Assembly: GCA_020849945.1 (NCBI GenBank)
Contig: JADZFK010000045.1
Location: forward strand, 295 to 64,294
Source of the DNA: Pirellulales bacterium
GTDB taxonomy: Bacteria; Planctomycetota; Planctomycetia; Pirellulales; Lacipirellulaceae
DNA: 64,000 bases
Direction of reading: 5' to 3'
Below the pieces are notes generated by a model. That model ran no database searches, had not been told where the DNA came from, and saw nothing but the letters and a program-made list of their open reading frames with translations. Made by a program: the position numbers and the translations under genes. Position 1 is the stretch's first letter; each line of letters begins with the position of its first letter. Shown here in pieces: positions 37,224 to 47,236 of this stretch.

Positions 37224-40076
37224 TCATCTTTCCGGCGGTAAATAGAATCCGCGGCGTGACGCAAGCGAACTGGTCAAGACCAAGAGCACGGCGGAGAAAT
37301 GTGTAGCCGGCTCGGGCACAGCAAGGGCTGCCGCGCTGCCCATCCCCGCCCCCGCCACGTTTCCAAAGCGCTCGCGCCAGAACTGATAGTCGCCCAGGTC
37401 GATCGAACCGTTTCGGTTGCCGTCTGCGCCATCGCCGGGGGTAGCAACCGCGTTGCCGAACGAGTGCCGCCACACGGTATAGTCGGCGCTATCTACGATG
37501 CCGTCGCGATTGTAGTCTCCTTCGAGGATCGAAATGATGCGGGCCGTTACGCTCCCCGGGCCATAAGACAAGTCCCACCCCAGCGTGGGGCCGAGGTTGG
37601 GAAATGAGGTCGCGCTGAAGACGGTGTTCATCAAGTTGCTCGCGGTGAGGAACTGGAACTCGTCGCCGAGCGAGGGGCTGTAGCCGTTCACCAATTGCAA
37701 CTCCACGAATCCATTGAGCAGTGCGTTGTGGGAAATGTTCAGTTTGCCAAACTGGCCCGGGGCCGTGCCGCCGATTTCGATCTTCAAGGTGCCGTTTGCG
37801 AACTGCTCGTAGGAATCGTTCATTTGCACGATGCCATTGGGAGCCAGCTCGAGCGAACTCGCGGCCAGCCCGCCGTTAACGAGCGAGGCAATGGGAGTCG
37901 TGGCTGAATCGACCCGTACGCTTCCGCCGTCGAGAACCACCGAGGCACCGACGGGATCGGCCATCGGGGTGGCGACCGCGGCCGTGTAGATGGCCCAATC
38001 CACCATCGTATTGTGGTTCACTTGCACGTTGATCGCACCCGATTGAAGCAGATCGAGAGAGTCGCCCAGATCAAGGACTCCCACAAAGGGAGTGCTCGTG
38101 TTCACTTGCGATGCCCACCCGAGGCTACTGAAGTTCAACTGATGGGTGGCAGCCGTATCGAACAGGCGGATGTAGTCGGTCGCAACACTCGCGGATGCCG
38201 CCTTCAGGCTTATCGCCAGGAAGCCATGCACGACCCGCTCGCCCGAGTCGAGTGCATGTTGGACCGTAAACACGACGTTGCGGTTGATATTCGCGTCATC
38301 AAAACCGGTGAGCGGATTGACGGAAAGACTGTCGATAGCCGCGTACCAGGCAGGATCGACATAGGCGTTATCGACACTTGCGGAACCATCGTTCGTGAAG
38401 TTGTCGATGTCGCCGAGCAGGTAATCTCGCAATTGCACTTTGTACACGGCAGGAGTGACTTTATGCGGCCAAGCAAGTGCATCGTTCCAGTTACCGGTGG
38501 CCGCAGACCAGTGGAACTCGCGAATGTTGGCCGAATCGTTCGACTGTGCATCGTACAGGCTCAACTCGCCGCCCGCAGTAACCTTCGTGCCGGGAGAATC
38601 GTAATAGCCGGCAGGCTGCGGGCCGAACGTGGTATCGTTGCCGATCGTGCCGGTAGCCCCAATGAGCCAGTTCTGCGAGGTCGGGGGATTTTGAACGTAA
38701 TAACCGTTCGCAGTTGTATTCCAAAAAACCATGTTCGCGCCTGACCAGCCGTGGGTTGTGCCGTAGCTGCCGCGATAACGAGCATTCATCTGATGCCCCG
38801 AGACCGAGATGTTATCGAACAGTGTGCCAGTCGACCAACGGCGGTGAGGGCCCGTATCGCTGCGAACGTTTGTGGCCGACGAGTTGTGAAACACGTTGGG
38901 TCCGGTCGATTTCGCGGCACCGTTGTTGACGAAATCGTGGCGCCCTTTGCTGGCCGTGGAATTCGTGACGAACCCCATCTGCCCATCGAGATCGAAGGTA
39001 TAACGGCGACTACCCGTAACAATGCTTACAGGTTCTTCGTTGATCACGTTATCGACCGTGAACCACTTGCTTGCTGTACCTGCCTGTGCAGAGCCATAAC
39101 CAAAGTACTTCGTCAAACTGTTGCGGAACCACACATTCTGCGAATTATTGGCGCTGAGAAACGTCCAGGCATGGTCTTCATCGCTGAAGTCGGAGCCGCT
39201 CGTCTCGACCGCGTTGAAGTCCGATTCCGCGCGGAAGTTTTCGACGCCGACATTTTCGATTCGTCCCGACCAGGTGTAACGCTGCAGGGTTCCGCCGCCA
39301 AACTGCACATCGAACGAGGTGGCCAACGGGGCATCGACAAAGACGCGGTTCCCTTCGATCCGCGTGATGACGCGGTCGGATCGGAGATTGAAATCGCCGG
39401 GCACCCAAGCCGGGTCTTCCGGCCCCAGTGCCACGTTCATGCCGATGGCATCGATCCACGCCTGCGTGCCAGGCCGCTCGACTCGCACCGTTTGGCCGAT
39501 GGCCAATCCGACGGTCGTGTTAAGGCGGAAGCTATTCGCCCCGGCGGGCACCACTTTATCCGCCATGCTGTAGACAGGCCCCACCATGGACTGAGACCCG
39601 GCACCGGTGACCTGCACCAGGGTTCTCTGCGTGGTCCCCCGTGCATGGAGCACGGTGCCCGTGGTCTCGCGTCCGACGCCGCGCAGCACCACGCCACTGG
39701 CATTGATGTTGAGCTGCGTCTCGATGTCGTAGTGGCCGGCTGAGAGAAGCACGGCGCCCCGATAGCCGTCGGCCTGCATCGGAAGCGCGGAAACCGCGTT
39801 GATCGCCGCTTGGATGTTGCCCGTGTCATCGCCTTCGATTGGCGAAACGGTAACCACCGTCGGCACGTTATTCGGCAGAAGCTCGCTGCCGCGGCCTTTG
39901 TATCCCACGTTCGAGAAGTCGAGAATCCGGTCTCCCTTGGGATCGGGCACGTAAATTAAACGGCCCGTAACACCCGTCTTGATCCACTTGCTTTGCTGGG
40001 CGTCGGCTGGCTGCCACAAACAAACTATCGCCAGGCAAAGCAGACCTTTCGTAACGCTTTGCCGCCAAGAAGACAT
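37224..40076 (-). CDS. Large secreted beta-helix (pectate-lyase-fold-like) protein with dockerin-like repeats and a PEP-CTERM anchor
   Basis: Signal peptide. N-terminal GDDTGNIQAAINAV..GAVLLSAGHYDI. C-terminal GDYNRDGIVDSADYTVWRHSFGN and DGNRNGSIDLGDYQFWRERFGN, then VPEPATHFSAVLLVLTSSLASRRG. Confidence 0.8.
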   Translation of the reverse strand: MSSWRQSVTKGLLCLAIVCLWQPADAQQSKWIKTGVTGRLIYVPDPKGDRILDFSNVGYKGRGSELLPNNVPTVVTVSPIEGDDTGNIQAAINAVSALPMQADGYRGAVLLSAGHYDIETQLNINASGVVLRGVGRETTGTVLHARGTTQRTLVQVTGAGSQSMVGPVYSMADKVVPAGANSFRLNTTVGLAIGQTVRVERPGTQAWIDAIGMNVALGPEDPAWVPGDFNLRSDRVITRIEGNRVFVDAPLATSFDVQFGGGTLQRYTWSGRIENVGVENFRAESDFNAVETSGSDFSDEDHAWTFLSANNSQNVWFRNSLTKYFGYGSAQAGTASKWFTVDNVINEEPVSIVTGSRRYTFDLDGQMGFVTNSTASKGRHDFVNNGAAKSTGPNVFHNSSATNVRSDTGPHRRWSTGTLFDNISVSGHQMNARYRGSYGTTHGWSGANMVFWNTTANGYYVQNPPTSQNWLIGATGTIGNDTTFGPQPAGYYDSPGTKVTAGGELSLYDAQSNDSANIREFHWSAATGNWNDALAWPHKVTPAVYKVQLRDYLLGDIDNFTNDGSASVDNAYVDPAWYAAIDSLSVNPLTGFDDANINRNVVFTVQHALDSGERVVHGFLAISLKAASASVATDYIRLFDTAATHQLNFSSLGWASQVNTSTPFVGVLDLGDSLDLLQSGAINVQVNHNTMVDWAIYTAAVATPMADPVGASVVLDGGSVRVDSATTPIASLVNGGLAASSLELAPNGIVQMNDSYEQFANGTLKIEIGGTAPGQFGKLNISHNALLNGFVELQLVNGYSPSLGDEFQFLTASNLMNTVFSATSFPNLGPTLGWDLSYGPGSVTARIISILEGDYNRDGIVDSADYTVWRHSFGNAVATPGDGADGNRNGSIDLGDYQFWRERFGNVAGAGMGSAAALAVPEPATHFSAVLLVLTSSLASRRGFYLPPER

Positions 40077-40497
40077 CGGATTCAAGCTGAGCTTGTAGTT
40101 TGGCATAACATGATTGGCATTCGCCGGCGTAAGCCGACTGTTTCGCCCCCCACAACTGCCGACTTTCGTTCGCTCCGAGGCTGTGAAGAAAAAGTTGATT
40201 CAAGTTGGCGACGGTCTCCAAGCCGCCGTTTGAGCTGGATATCTTGGCCAATTTTGCCGAAAATCGGTTGCCCACTTTCCAAAAAAACACAACCTCTCCG
40301 CGAGCGAGAAATCATCTCGAAGAGGGAGTCGCGTGCCATCAAACGGCCCCACTACTCCATACCTGATTCTACCCGCCACCTTGCCCAAACGCTAAGCTAT
40401 TCTTGATAGGCCCGGAAGTGCGAAGCGAAGCTTCGTACTGCCGCCGGTGGTTTTCCCCTACCGTATTGCTTGTTCTTATTCGTCCCAGGAGCCTCCC

Positions 40498-41139
40498 ATG
40501 CTTAGCATTACTCATCACTCGGTGGTTGCCTTACAGACAGCCTTATTGATTGCCTCCATCCACAATGTCGGCCAAGCTCAGATACGGCCAACGGTTCGCG
40601 CCCGCGTTCATGCTTCCGAGCATATCCACCAGAAACAACAGGCCGAGGCGGTTGCCGCGGTTCCGGCCGTCACGCACGCCGTTGCGGTCGTCATACCCCT
40701 GGGCGAAAGCAAGGTGAAAGGCAAGGTCACATTCACGCAGGTGAAAGGGGGCGTTGAAATCGTGGCCGAACTAACGGGCCTTTCACCCGGCGACCATGGC
40801 TTTCACGTTCACGAATTTGGCGATTGCAGCATGGCCGACGGCAAGTGCGCGGGCGGCCACTTCAACCCCACAGGCGCTCCGCACGCCGGGCCCGATAGCG
40901 ATCAACGCCATGTCGGCGACCTCGGCAACGTTACCGCCGACGCGGAAGGGAAAGCCCTCTACAAGCGAGTGGACAAGCTCATCACCCTCAGCGGCCCCCA
41001 TTCGATCATCGGTCGTTCGGTCATCGTTCATGCCAAGCTCGATGATCTTACCACCCAGCAACCGCCGGGCAACGCCGGCGACCGCATTGCCTGCGGCGTG
41101 ATCGGCATCGCCGATCCAAAAATGCACGCAGGTCATTAA
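40498..41139 (+). CDS. sodC: Cu,Zn superoxide dismutase, secreted
   Basis: GDHGFHVHEFGDC, GGHFNP, HVGDLGN, GNAGDRIACGVIG. AGGAG RBS. Confidence 0.93.
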   Translation: MLSITHHSVVALQTALLIASIHNVGQAQIRPTVRARVHASEHIHQKQQAEAVAAVPAVTHAVAVVIPLGESKVKGKVTFTQVKGGVEIVAELTGLSPGDHGFHVHEFGDCSMADGKCAGGHFNPTGAPHAGPDSDQRHVGDLGNVTADAEGKALYKRVDKLITLSGPHSIIGRSVIVHAKLDDLTTQQPPGNAGDRIACGVIGIADPKMHAGH

Positions 41140-41166
41140 GCGGTTGGACAACACCCCGTTGCCGAG

Positions 41167-43398
41167 CTATCGGTCATCTTGGCCCTGGGCGGCTCGCCCG
41201 GGTTTAAGTGAGGTGGTAAAGAAGTCCACAATGCGGCCGTTCAAGCTTTCGGTAATCACTGGGTCGGGCACCATGTGGGTGAAACCCGGGAGTGGTAGAA
41301 ACTGGTAACTGCAGCCCGCTCGGAACAAGGCATCGCTCATTTTCAGACTGTGGAGGAAGTACACGTTGTCGTCGGCCGTGCCGTGAATGATGAACAGCGG
41401 TCGGCGGAGCTTCGGTGCATGCGTAAGCACCGAACTGGCCTGGTAGCCCGCCGGATTCCGAACGGGCAGGCCGAGATACCGTTCGGTGTAGTGTGTATCG
41501 TAATCGAGCCAATCGGCGACGGGCGCGCCGGCTACGGCGGCGTGAAATACGTCGGGGCGTTGCATTACGGCCATCGCGGAAAGGTAGCCCCCAAACGACC
41601 AGCCAAAAATGCCCACTCGGCTCAGGTCCATCTCCGGATACTTGGCACCGAGAGCTTGCAGGCCTCGCACTTGGTCGGCCAGCGGCAGGTCGATGAGATT
41701 ACCATGCACGGCCCGCTCGAACTTGCGACCGCGCGCGGGTGTACCCCGGCCGTCGACTGAAACCACGAGGAACCCTTGATCGGCAAGCCATTGATTCAGT
41801 AAGTACGAACGCCCCGCGGCAGTGACCGTTTGCCCATGCGGACCACCATACACATGCACGATCACGGGGTAGCGTTCCGTGGGCAAGAAATCGCGGGGAC
41901 GCACGATCGCGGCTCGTAGTTCGGGGTCTTGGCATACCTTGGTTAATTCCACGCGAGCAGCAAAGGGGGGTGCTTCGGCGAAGCTCTTGATCTCGCCGGC
42001 CATCGTGCTGTCGCCGCGATAAACTCGGTGCTGAACATTGCCCTCCAACGTAGAGATGGCAACCACACGCGTGCCCCCCTGGCGGGAAAAGCTGGCTCCG
42101 TGGATTGCACGCCCCGTTGTAATGGTTTGCGGCGGCGGACCCTCTGCTCGAAACGCGACTTCAATGATCTGCTGCTCGGTAGGGTCATCGCCGCCCGCAA
42201 TATAAGCAACCCCGCGCTGTTCATCGATGCCCAAGAACCCACGGTATCCGACCTCGGGTTTCGCCAGCACAGCCGCCAAGCCTCCGTCGCGTTTGCGTAG
42301 TTCGAGCTGCCATGCGCCGGCCCGCTCGGTCGACCATAAGAAATGCCGACCATCCGATAACCATCGCGGCATTTTCGGATCGATATTGATCCACGCTGAA
42401 TCCGACTCGGAAAGAAGAGTCTTACTCGCGCCGCTCTTGGCATCCACGGCAAGAAGCAATTCCTCGGTTTGCTCGCGATTCTGAACCAGCAGGGTTAGTG
42501 GAGCATGCTTCTTCCAGGCGACAGCAGCCAAGTAAGGGTAGCGGTCGCGATCCCAATCGATCCACGTTGTTTCACCTCCGGTCGCTTCAATGATTCCCAA
42601 CCGGACGCGCGCGTTCAAGCGGCCTGGGCGCGGGTAACGCCACGCCTGGGCAGGTGCGCCTGGCTTCATTGGGTCAGCAATGTGCCACTCTTCCACTTCC
42701 GATGTGTCGGTCTCCTGATAGGCAATCTTGCGGCTGTCCGGCGACCACCAGTAGCCGTGCATGCGATCCATTTCTTCTTGTGCCACGAACTCAGCCAGCC
42801 CGTGCGAACGTGTCGGACTCGCTCCGGTCGTGAGCCGGCGCTGATCACATGTCGCCACATCGAGCACGTACAGATCGCCATTTCGCACCGCCGCGATGCA
42901 CTTTCCATCAGGGGAGAATCGCGGGTCGAGCGGAACGTCTCCTTCACTGTCGAGCTTACGCACGGCTTCTCTTGCGCGATCGAACAGATAGAGCGAACCG
43001 GAAAGAGGAATGAGTATCTGCTGACCATCCTGGGAAAGTCCGTAGGCAACGATTCCTCGGGCGGTCGACCGAAGCCGCTCGCGGCGAGCCAGCTCTTCCG
43101 CCGTCAGTTGTTCGGCCCCGCCATCTAGCAGCTTGTCGGCGGTCAGAACCTGATGTTCCTGGCCCGTGGCAACGTCGAATGCAAACAGATCGCGAACAAA
43201 GCTGCGCGGCCCCGATCGCAGAAAGAAGACTGTTCTGCCCTCGTCTGCAAATTGAAAGTCGCTCGGTTGACCGAGCGAAAAACGGTACGTCGCTGCGTAC
43301 TGACGAAGGAAGTCATCGTGTGGCTGCTCGTCGGCTTCGCAAACAGAAATCGACAGAACCATTACCGCTACGATTGTAATGCAAGGGCTACCGTACAT
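41167..43398 (-). CDS. S9-family serine peptidase (DPP-IV N-terminal propeller plus prolyl oligopeptidase catalytic domain)
   Basis: GWSFGGY nucleophile elbow and a C-terminal FIIHGTADDNV. Start moved to MYGSPCITIVAVMVLS (signal peptide); the longer ORF overlaps the neighbouring gene. Confidence 0.85.
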   Translation of the reverse strand: MYGSPCITIVAVMVLSISVCEADEQPHDDFLRQYAATYRFSLGQPSDFQFADEGRTVFFLRSGPRSFVRDLFAFDVATGQEHQVLTADKLLDGGAEQLTAEELARRERLRSTARGIVAYGLSQDGQQILIPLSGSLYLFDRAREAVRKLDSEGDVPLDPRFSPDGKCIAAVRNGDLYVLDVATCDQRRLTTGASPTRSHGLAEFVAQEEMDRMHGYWWSPDSRKIAYQETDTSEVEEWHIADPMKPGAPAQAWRYPRPGRLNARVRLGIIEATGGETTWIDWDRDRYPYLAAVAWKKHAPLTLLVQNREQTEELLLAVDAKSGASKTLLSESDSAWINIDPKMPRWLSDGRHFLWSTERAGAWQLELRKRDGGLAAVLAKPEVGYRGFLGIDEQRGVAYIAGGDDPTEQQIIEVAFRAEGPPPQTITTGRAIHGASFSRQGGTRVVAISTLEGNVQHRVYRGDSTMAGEIKSFAEAPPFAARVELTKVCQDPELRAAIVRPRDFLPTERYPVIVHVYGGPHGQTVTAAGRSYLLNQWLADQGFLVVSVDGRGTPARGRKFERAVHGNLIDLPLADQVRGLQALGAKYPEMDLSRVGIFGWSFGGYLSAMAVMQRPDVFHAAVAGAPVADWLDYDTHYTERYLGLPVRNPAGYQASSVLTHAPKLRRPLFIIHGTADDNVYFLHSLKMSDALFRAGCSYQFLPLPGFTHMVPDPVITESLNGRIVDFFTTSLKPGRAAQGQDDR

Positions 43399-43507
43399 TC
43401 GCGCATCAATCAGGGGGTGAAGAACATTGCCTTCTGCGGCGTGTGCACTGGGGCGGCTCGCCCGTGCCAAAATGTGGGCTTGGAAGGGGCTTTGGCCGCG
43501 GGGGTAT

Positions 43508-44227
43508 TCATGATAACCGGGCCGCTTCAAAAAGTCTCTGCGGCAACCCGATATCGCAAACATGAACGATTCCAAGATAACGTTTAGCAGCGGGTTGCTG
43601 AAAACCAATCTTCGCGGCACCGAACGTGCAGGTGTGGTCGGCACGCACGGTATGAAGGGCGGGCTGCCCCGTGTCGCAATCAAGCCCGCTGGGCAAATCA
43701 ACCGCCAGCACACGCGCCGCTAGGCTGTGGGTATTGATCCAATCGATCACGGCATCGAACGGTGGGCGTGGCTCTCCGAGGGCACCCGTTCCCAACAGGG
43801 CGTCAACAATCCAAGCGGCAGATGAATCGAGCGTGGGCGGCACAAACGAGCCACCTCGCCGAGTTGCCCCAGGCTCGGGTAATTCGGCAAACCGCTCGAA
43901 AACACTCGCGATCGGAATCCCACAGTGCCGCAGTATCGCAAAGTTGGTGGCGGCATCGCCCTGCAATTCTTCAGGCGGGCTGGCAAGCAGCACGTTGCAG
44001 GCGTACCCGCGGATCGCAAGGTGCCTCGCCATCACGAAGCCATCGCCCGCATTGTTGCCCTTGCCACAAACGATGACGACCGTCCCGCCGATACCAAGCC
44101 GTTCCAAGACATCGACACACCCGCGACCAGCGTTCTCCATCAACACAAGGCCGCTGAAGCCATAACGCTCGATGGCCAGGCGATCGGCCTCGCGACTTTG
44201 GCGTCGAGAAAGTGCTAACGGTTCCAT
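43508..44227 (-). CDS. nnrE: NAD(P)H-hydrate epimerase (YjeF N-terminal domain only)
   Basis: LMENAGRGCVDVL, VVIVCGKGNNAGDGFVMARHL. Start uncertain (44227, 44269 or 44281). Confidence 0.8.
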   Translation of the reverse strand: MEPLALSRRQSREADRLAIERYGFSGLVLMENAGRGCVDVLERLGIGGTVVIVCGKGNNAGDGFVMARHLAIRGYACNVLLASPPEELQGDAATNFAILRHCGIPIASVFERFAELPEPGATRRGGSFVPPTLDSSAAWIVDALLGTGALGEPRPPFDAVIDWINTHSLAARVLAVDLPSGLDCDTGQPALHTVRADHTCTFGAAKIGFQQPAAKRYLGIVHVCDIGLPQRLFEAARLS

Positions 44228-44472
44228 GCCCCGATTGTGATAGAAAACGGCCTCGTGTGATACCGGCATCGCCCGAGGCAATTTTTCCCAAAGCTCGTAT
44301 TTTCGCCCGTCGGTGGCTAAAAACCCCTCTTGCCCGATTTCCGCAAATTAGAGAAGATTTGCCCCCCGCTTCCTAGGGCAAGCAGAAACGGCCCGGCACC
44401 GCATCCTTGCGGTACCGAGCACGAAACAATTCTTTACTTCGCCATCATCGAAAGCCGCCAGGTTCTAAATCG

Positions 44473-45357
44473 ATGAGTACCCGCCAAATTATTCTGTCGC
44501 TCGCGGGCCAGTTGGGATTCGCCTTGCTGGCCGCCGCACAGCCGCCGGCCACATTTACGCAGCCGCGTTTGCAGCCCAGCCCGGCCATGATCCAGCCCAA
44601 CCAGCCGGCGGTTCCGGTCTTTCCGCCCCAACAAACGGTGGTACCGCTGCCGAGCGAAACGCCGGGGTCGATCTTCGGCCCACCGGTTGACGTGCCGGGC
44701 GGCCAGCCGGGCGAGTTGCCATCTCCGCCAGGAGCGATGGCACCCGCTTCAACGGGGCTGTATCTACCTCAGCAAGTGATCGTAGGCCCTAGTGCCGCCG
44801 CCGTGCAAGCGCCTGCCGCACCGCCAATAAGCACGATATCGGTGCCGGTCCTCGATGAAGAGTATGCCTGGGATCAAATCGCGGATGTTGTATCGGATTA
44901 TTTTCCGATCGCGCGCGAGCAACGTGCCCGCCGGGGCGAATCGTGGTGCGAAGGCCGAATTGAAACCGTCCCCCAAGACGGCGCAACCTGGCTCGAACCG
45001 CACCGTAACGATTCGGTCGGCATGTTCAACCGTTGGGAAAGCACGTTTCAAAGCATTCGCCGCCGGGCCTTGGTGCGGGTCGTGCCCGATGCCTCGGGAT
45101 ATCAAATCGAAGTGATTGTCGAAAAGGAACTAGAGGACCTGCCGCGCCCCGAACGATCCACCACGGGCACGGCAACGTTCAGCACCGATATCACCTTGCC
45201 AAGCAAACGATTGGAGGAGGTATCGCGTACGGCTCGCTCGGGGCGATGGCTTTCGCTGGGCCGCGACCCGGCACTCGAGCAACGCATGTTGGCCGAAATG
45301 CACGCTCGATTCAACGGCGCAACCACGGCCAGTAACTCGGTGTTTGCACCGCGATAA
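44473..45357 (+). CDS. Secreted hypothetical protein with a Pro-rich N-terminal region
   Basis: Signal-like MSTRQIILSLAGQLGFALLAAAQPP. No recognised domain. Confidence 0.6.
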   Translation: MSTRQIILSLAGQLGFALLAAAQPPATFTQPRLQPSPAMIQPNQPAVPVFPPQQTVVPLPSETPGSIFGPPVDVPGGQPGELPSPPGAMAPASTGLYLPQQVIVGPSAAAVQAPAAPPISTISVPVLDEEYAWDQIADVVSDYFPIAREQRARRGESWCEGRIETVPQDGATWLEPHRNDSVGMFNRWESTFQSIRRRALVRVVPDASGYQIEVIVEKELEDLPRPERSTTGTATFSTDITLPSKRLEEVSRTARSGRWLSLGRDPALEQRMLAEMHARFNGATTASNSVFAPR

Positions 45358-45597
45358 GTAGTCAGGGAATCGACAGGGCCCCCCCAAGCCACCGACTTGT
45401 CGGTGGCGGCGGCCGACGGCAAGCCGTCGGCTTGGCGTTTACGAAATCGCACCGACAAGCAAATCACACAAGCAAACCACGCGAATAATACTATTTGCAT
45501 AGTAGCAACTCCCTGCTATAGTTCCTCCTTGTTGCGCGTTTCATTTTGCATCCCTCGCAACTCCTTTCCCGCCATTTGTTGCACTAGGACCCCCTCC

Positions 45598-46305
45598 ATG
45601 TCTTCAGCCTCGTTGCAGCCGCGAGCAAGTGGCTCATCGCCCTCGCATCAATTGGCCCTCGAACGTTTCGGCCGAAAGAGCCTGGCCCGAAAGTACCCGA
45701 CCGAATACGGCAACGGTTGGCGCGATCGGCGAGAAAAGGCCTGTATTTTGCGCTGCCTCGACGCAATCGGGCCTGGCAGCCGCGTGCTCGATTTGCCGTG
45801 CGGCACCGGGCGGATGACCCGCATCTTGGTGGAACGCGGTTACCACGTTGTAAGCGCCGATGCCTCGGAGGCGATGCTCGAACGAGCTCGAGAAAATTAC
45901 CGCGCCTACCGCGAGGAACACACGGGCAAAATTCCCGACGTTACATTCAGCGTACGCGACGTACTGGCCACCGGTTTTCCAGATGATGAGTTCGACGGCA
46001 TCTCGTGCATTCGTTTGTTCCATCACTTCAACGAAGCCGAAACGCGCCGCAAGGCCCTGCGCGAACTGGCCCGCATTTGCCGCGGACCGATCGTCGTCAC
46101 GTTTCTCAATTCGTTTGCGCTCGATCGAATTAGTTCGTGGCTCAAAGCACGCCTTCGTGGCAAGAAGCAGCTTTCGCAATTGCCCATCCCGCTTTCAACA
46201 TTTGCCGCCGATATTGACGCCGCCGGGTTGAAGATCGATCGCAAAATTGCGGCACATTGGGGAATTTCCTCGCGGTGGTTCCTGGTGTTAGGACGCAGTA
46301 CATAG
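45598..46305 (+). CDS. Class I SAM-dependent methyltransferase
   Basis: VLDLPCGTGRMTRILVERGYHVVSADASEAMLE. Confidence 0.8.
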   Translation: MSSASLQPRASGSSPSHQLALERFGRKSLARKYPTEYGNGWRDRREKACILRCLDAIGPGSRVLDLPCGTGRMTRILVERGYHVVSADASEAMLERARENYRAYREEHTGKIPDVTFSVRDVLATGFPDDEFDGISCIRLFHHFNEAETRRKALRELARICRGPIVVTFLNSFALDRISSWLKARLRGKKQLSQLPIPLSTFAADIDAAGLKIDRKIAAHWGISSRWFLVLGRST

Positions 46306-46349
46306 CGATCAACGAACGGCCGCCGAATGTACAGGTCGAAAGAACTCCC

Positions 46350-47120
46350 ATGACCGACCACGCCCAGTTTGCTTCGCCGGAAATCGAGCAGCTCTTGCGA
46401 TCCAACGGACTGGCAACGCTGGAGGATGCTTTTCGGCTGGGCGAGGCCGTCGCCTCGCAGCATCGTCGCCGAGCCACGCGGCACGCGAACAAATGCGTTG
46501 TGCGGCTGGAACTCAACGGGCCGACTGGCGCGCTTCCCGTTTACATCAAACGGCAATGGAGCCGCGAACGGTGGCTACCGCGGCCAACCGATCTACGCCA
46601 TCGAATTAATTTGCTCTGCTCGCCCATGCATGAATGGCGTGGCCTCGTGATGCTGGAAAAGGCCGGGTTCCACGTTTCGCGCCCGCTGGCACTGTTCTAT
46701 CGCGGCTGGGGATTGGTGCGCGGTGCGATCATCACGCAGGCCGTGCCGCCGAACGTTTCGATGGCCGACTTGCTCCTAAGCGGCGACTTGGGCGCTATGG
46801 AAAGCCCTCGCCTCCATTCGCTAGTTACTGCCGCCGCGCGGGTCGCGGCTCGACTTCACCAATCGCAACTTTCGTGGCGTTCGATGAAAGCCAAGCACTT
46901 CTACCCCGAAGAGCTACCCAACGGCAAATGGCGAATCTGGCTCATCGATTGCGAAGGTGCGTACCGCAACGCCACCCAACGCGACTGTGAACGAGAGTGG
47001 AACGTATTCCTGCGATACTTTGCCACGCATACGCCTTCGCTAGGCAGGCAATTGACATTGGCGTATCGCAGCGAGTTCCAACGCGGCTCTCCCGCTTGCG
47101 AGTTGAAGCCGGCTGCCTGA
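46350..47120 (+). CDS. Lipopolysaccharide kinase (Kdo/WaaP)-family protein
   Basis: Overall resemblance to InaA/Kdo-kinase-like proteins (YIKRQW.., WRSMKAKHFYPEE, LIDCEGA). 44 nt after the methyltransferase gene. Confidence 0.65.
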   Translation: MTDHAQFASPEIEQLLRSNGLATLEDAFRLGEAVASQHRRRATRHANKCVVRLELNGPTGALPVYIKRQWSRERWLPRPTDLRHRINLLCSPMHEWRGLVMLEKAGFHVSRPLALFYRGWGLVRGAIITQAVPPNVSMADLLLSGDLGAMESPRLHSLVTAAARVAARLHQSQLSWRSMKAKHFYPEELPNGKWRIWLIDCEGAYRNATQRDCEREWNVFLRYFATHTPSLGRQLTLAYRSEFQRGSPACELKPAA

Positions 47121-47155
47121 ACCAGGCCAAACATAGGTGGGCTATTTGCTCGGTT

Positions 47156-47236
47156 CCCGTCCGAAACGACCGGGCTATATATAGCCGAGCCGTTCCGGGT
47201 CGGCGGTTTGATCGTCAGGCCGTTCGGGCTCGGCGG
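47156..47236. repeat. GC-rich multi-hairpin REP-like element, degenerate copy, between convergent genes
   Basis: CCCGTCCGAAACGACCGGG-CTATATATA-GCCGAGCCGTTCCGGGTCGGCGG plus a third partial hairpin. Confidence 0.75.

Noticed and set aside
43399-43713. N-terminal 105 aa extension of the S9 peptidase ORF (and extensions of gcvT, gcvPA, sodC, the methyltransferase, the kinase, priA, ubiA and mqnE ORFs)
   Set aside because: The extensions overlap neighbouring genes or palindromic repeats and have non-protein-like sequence. Internal ATG/GTG codons give canonical N-termini or signal peptides.
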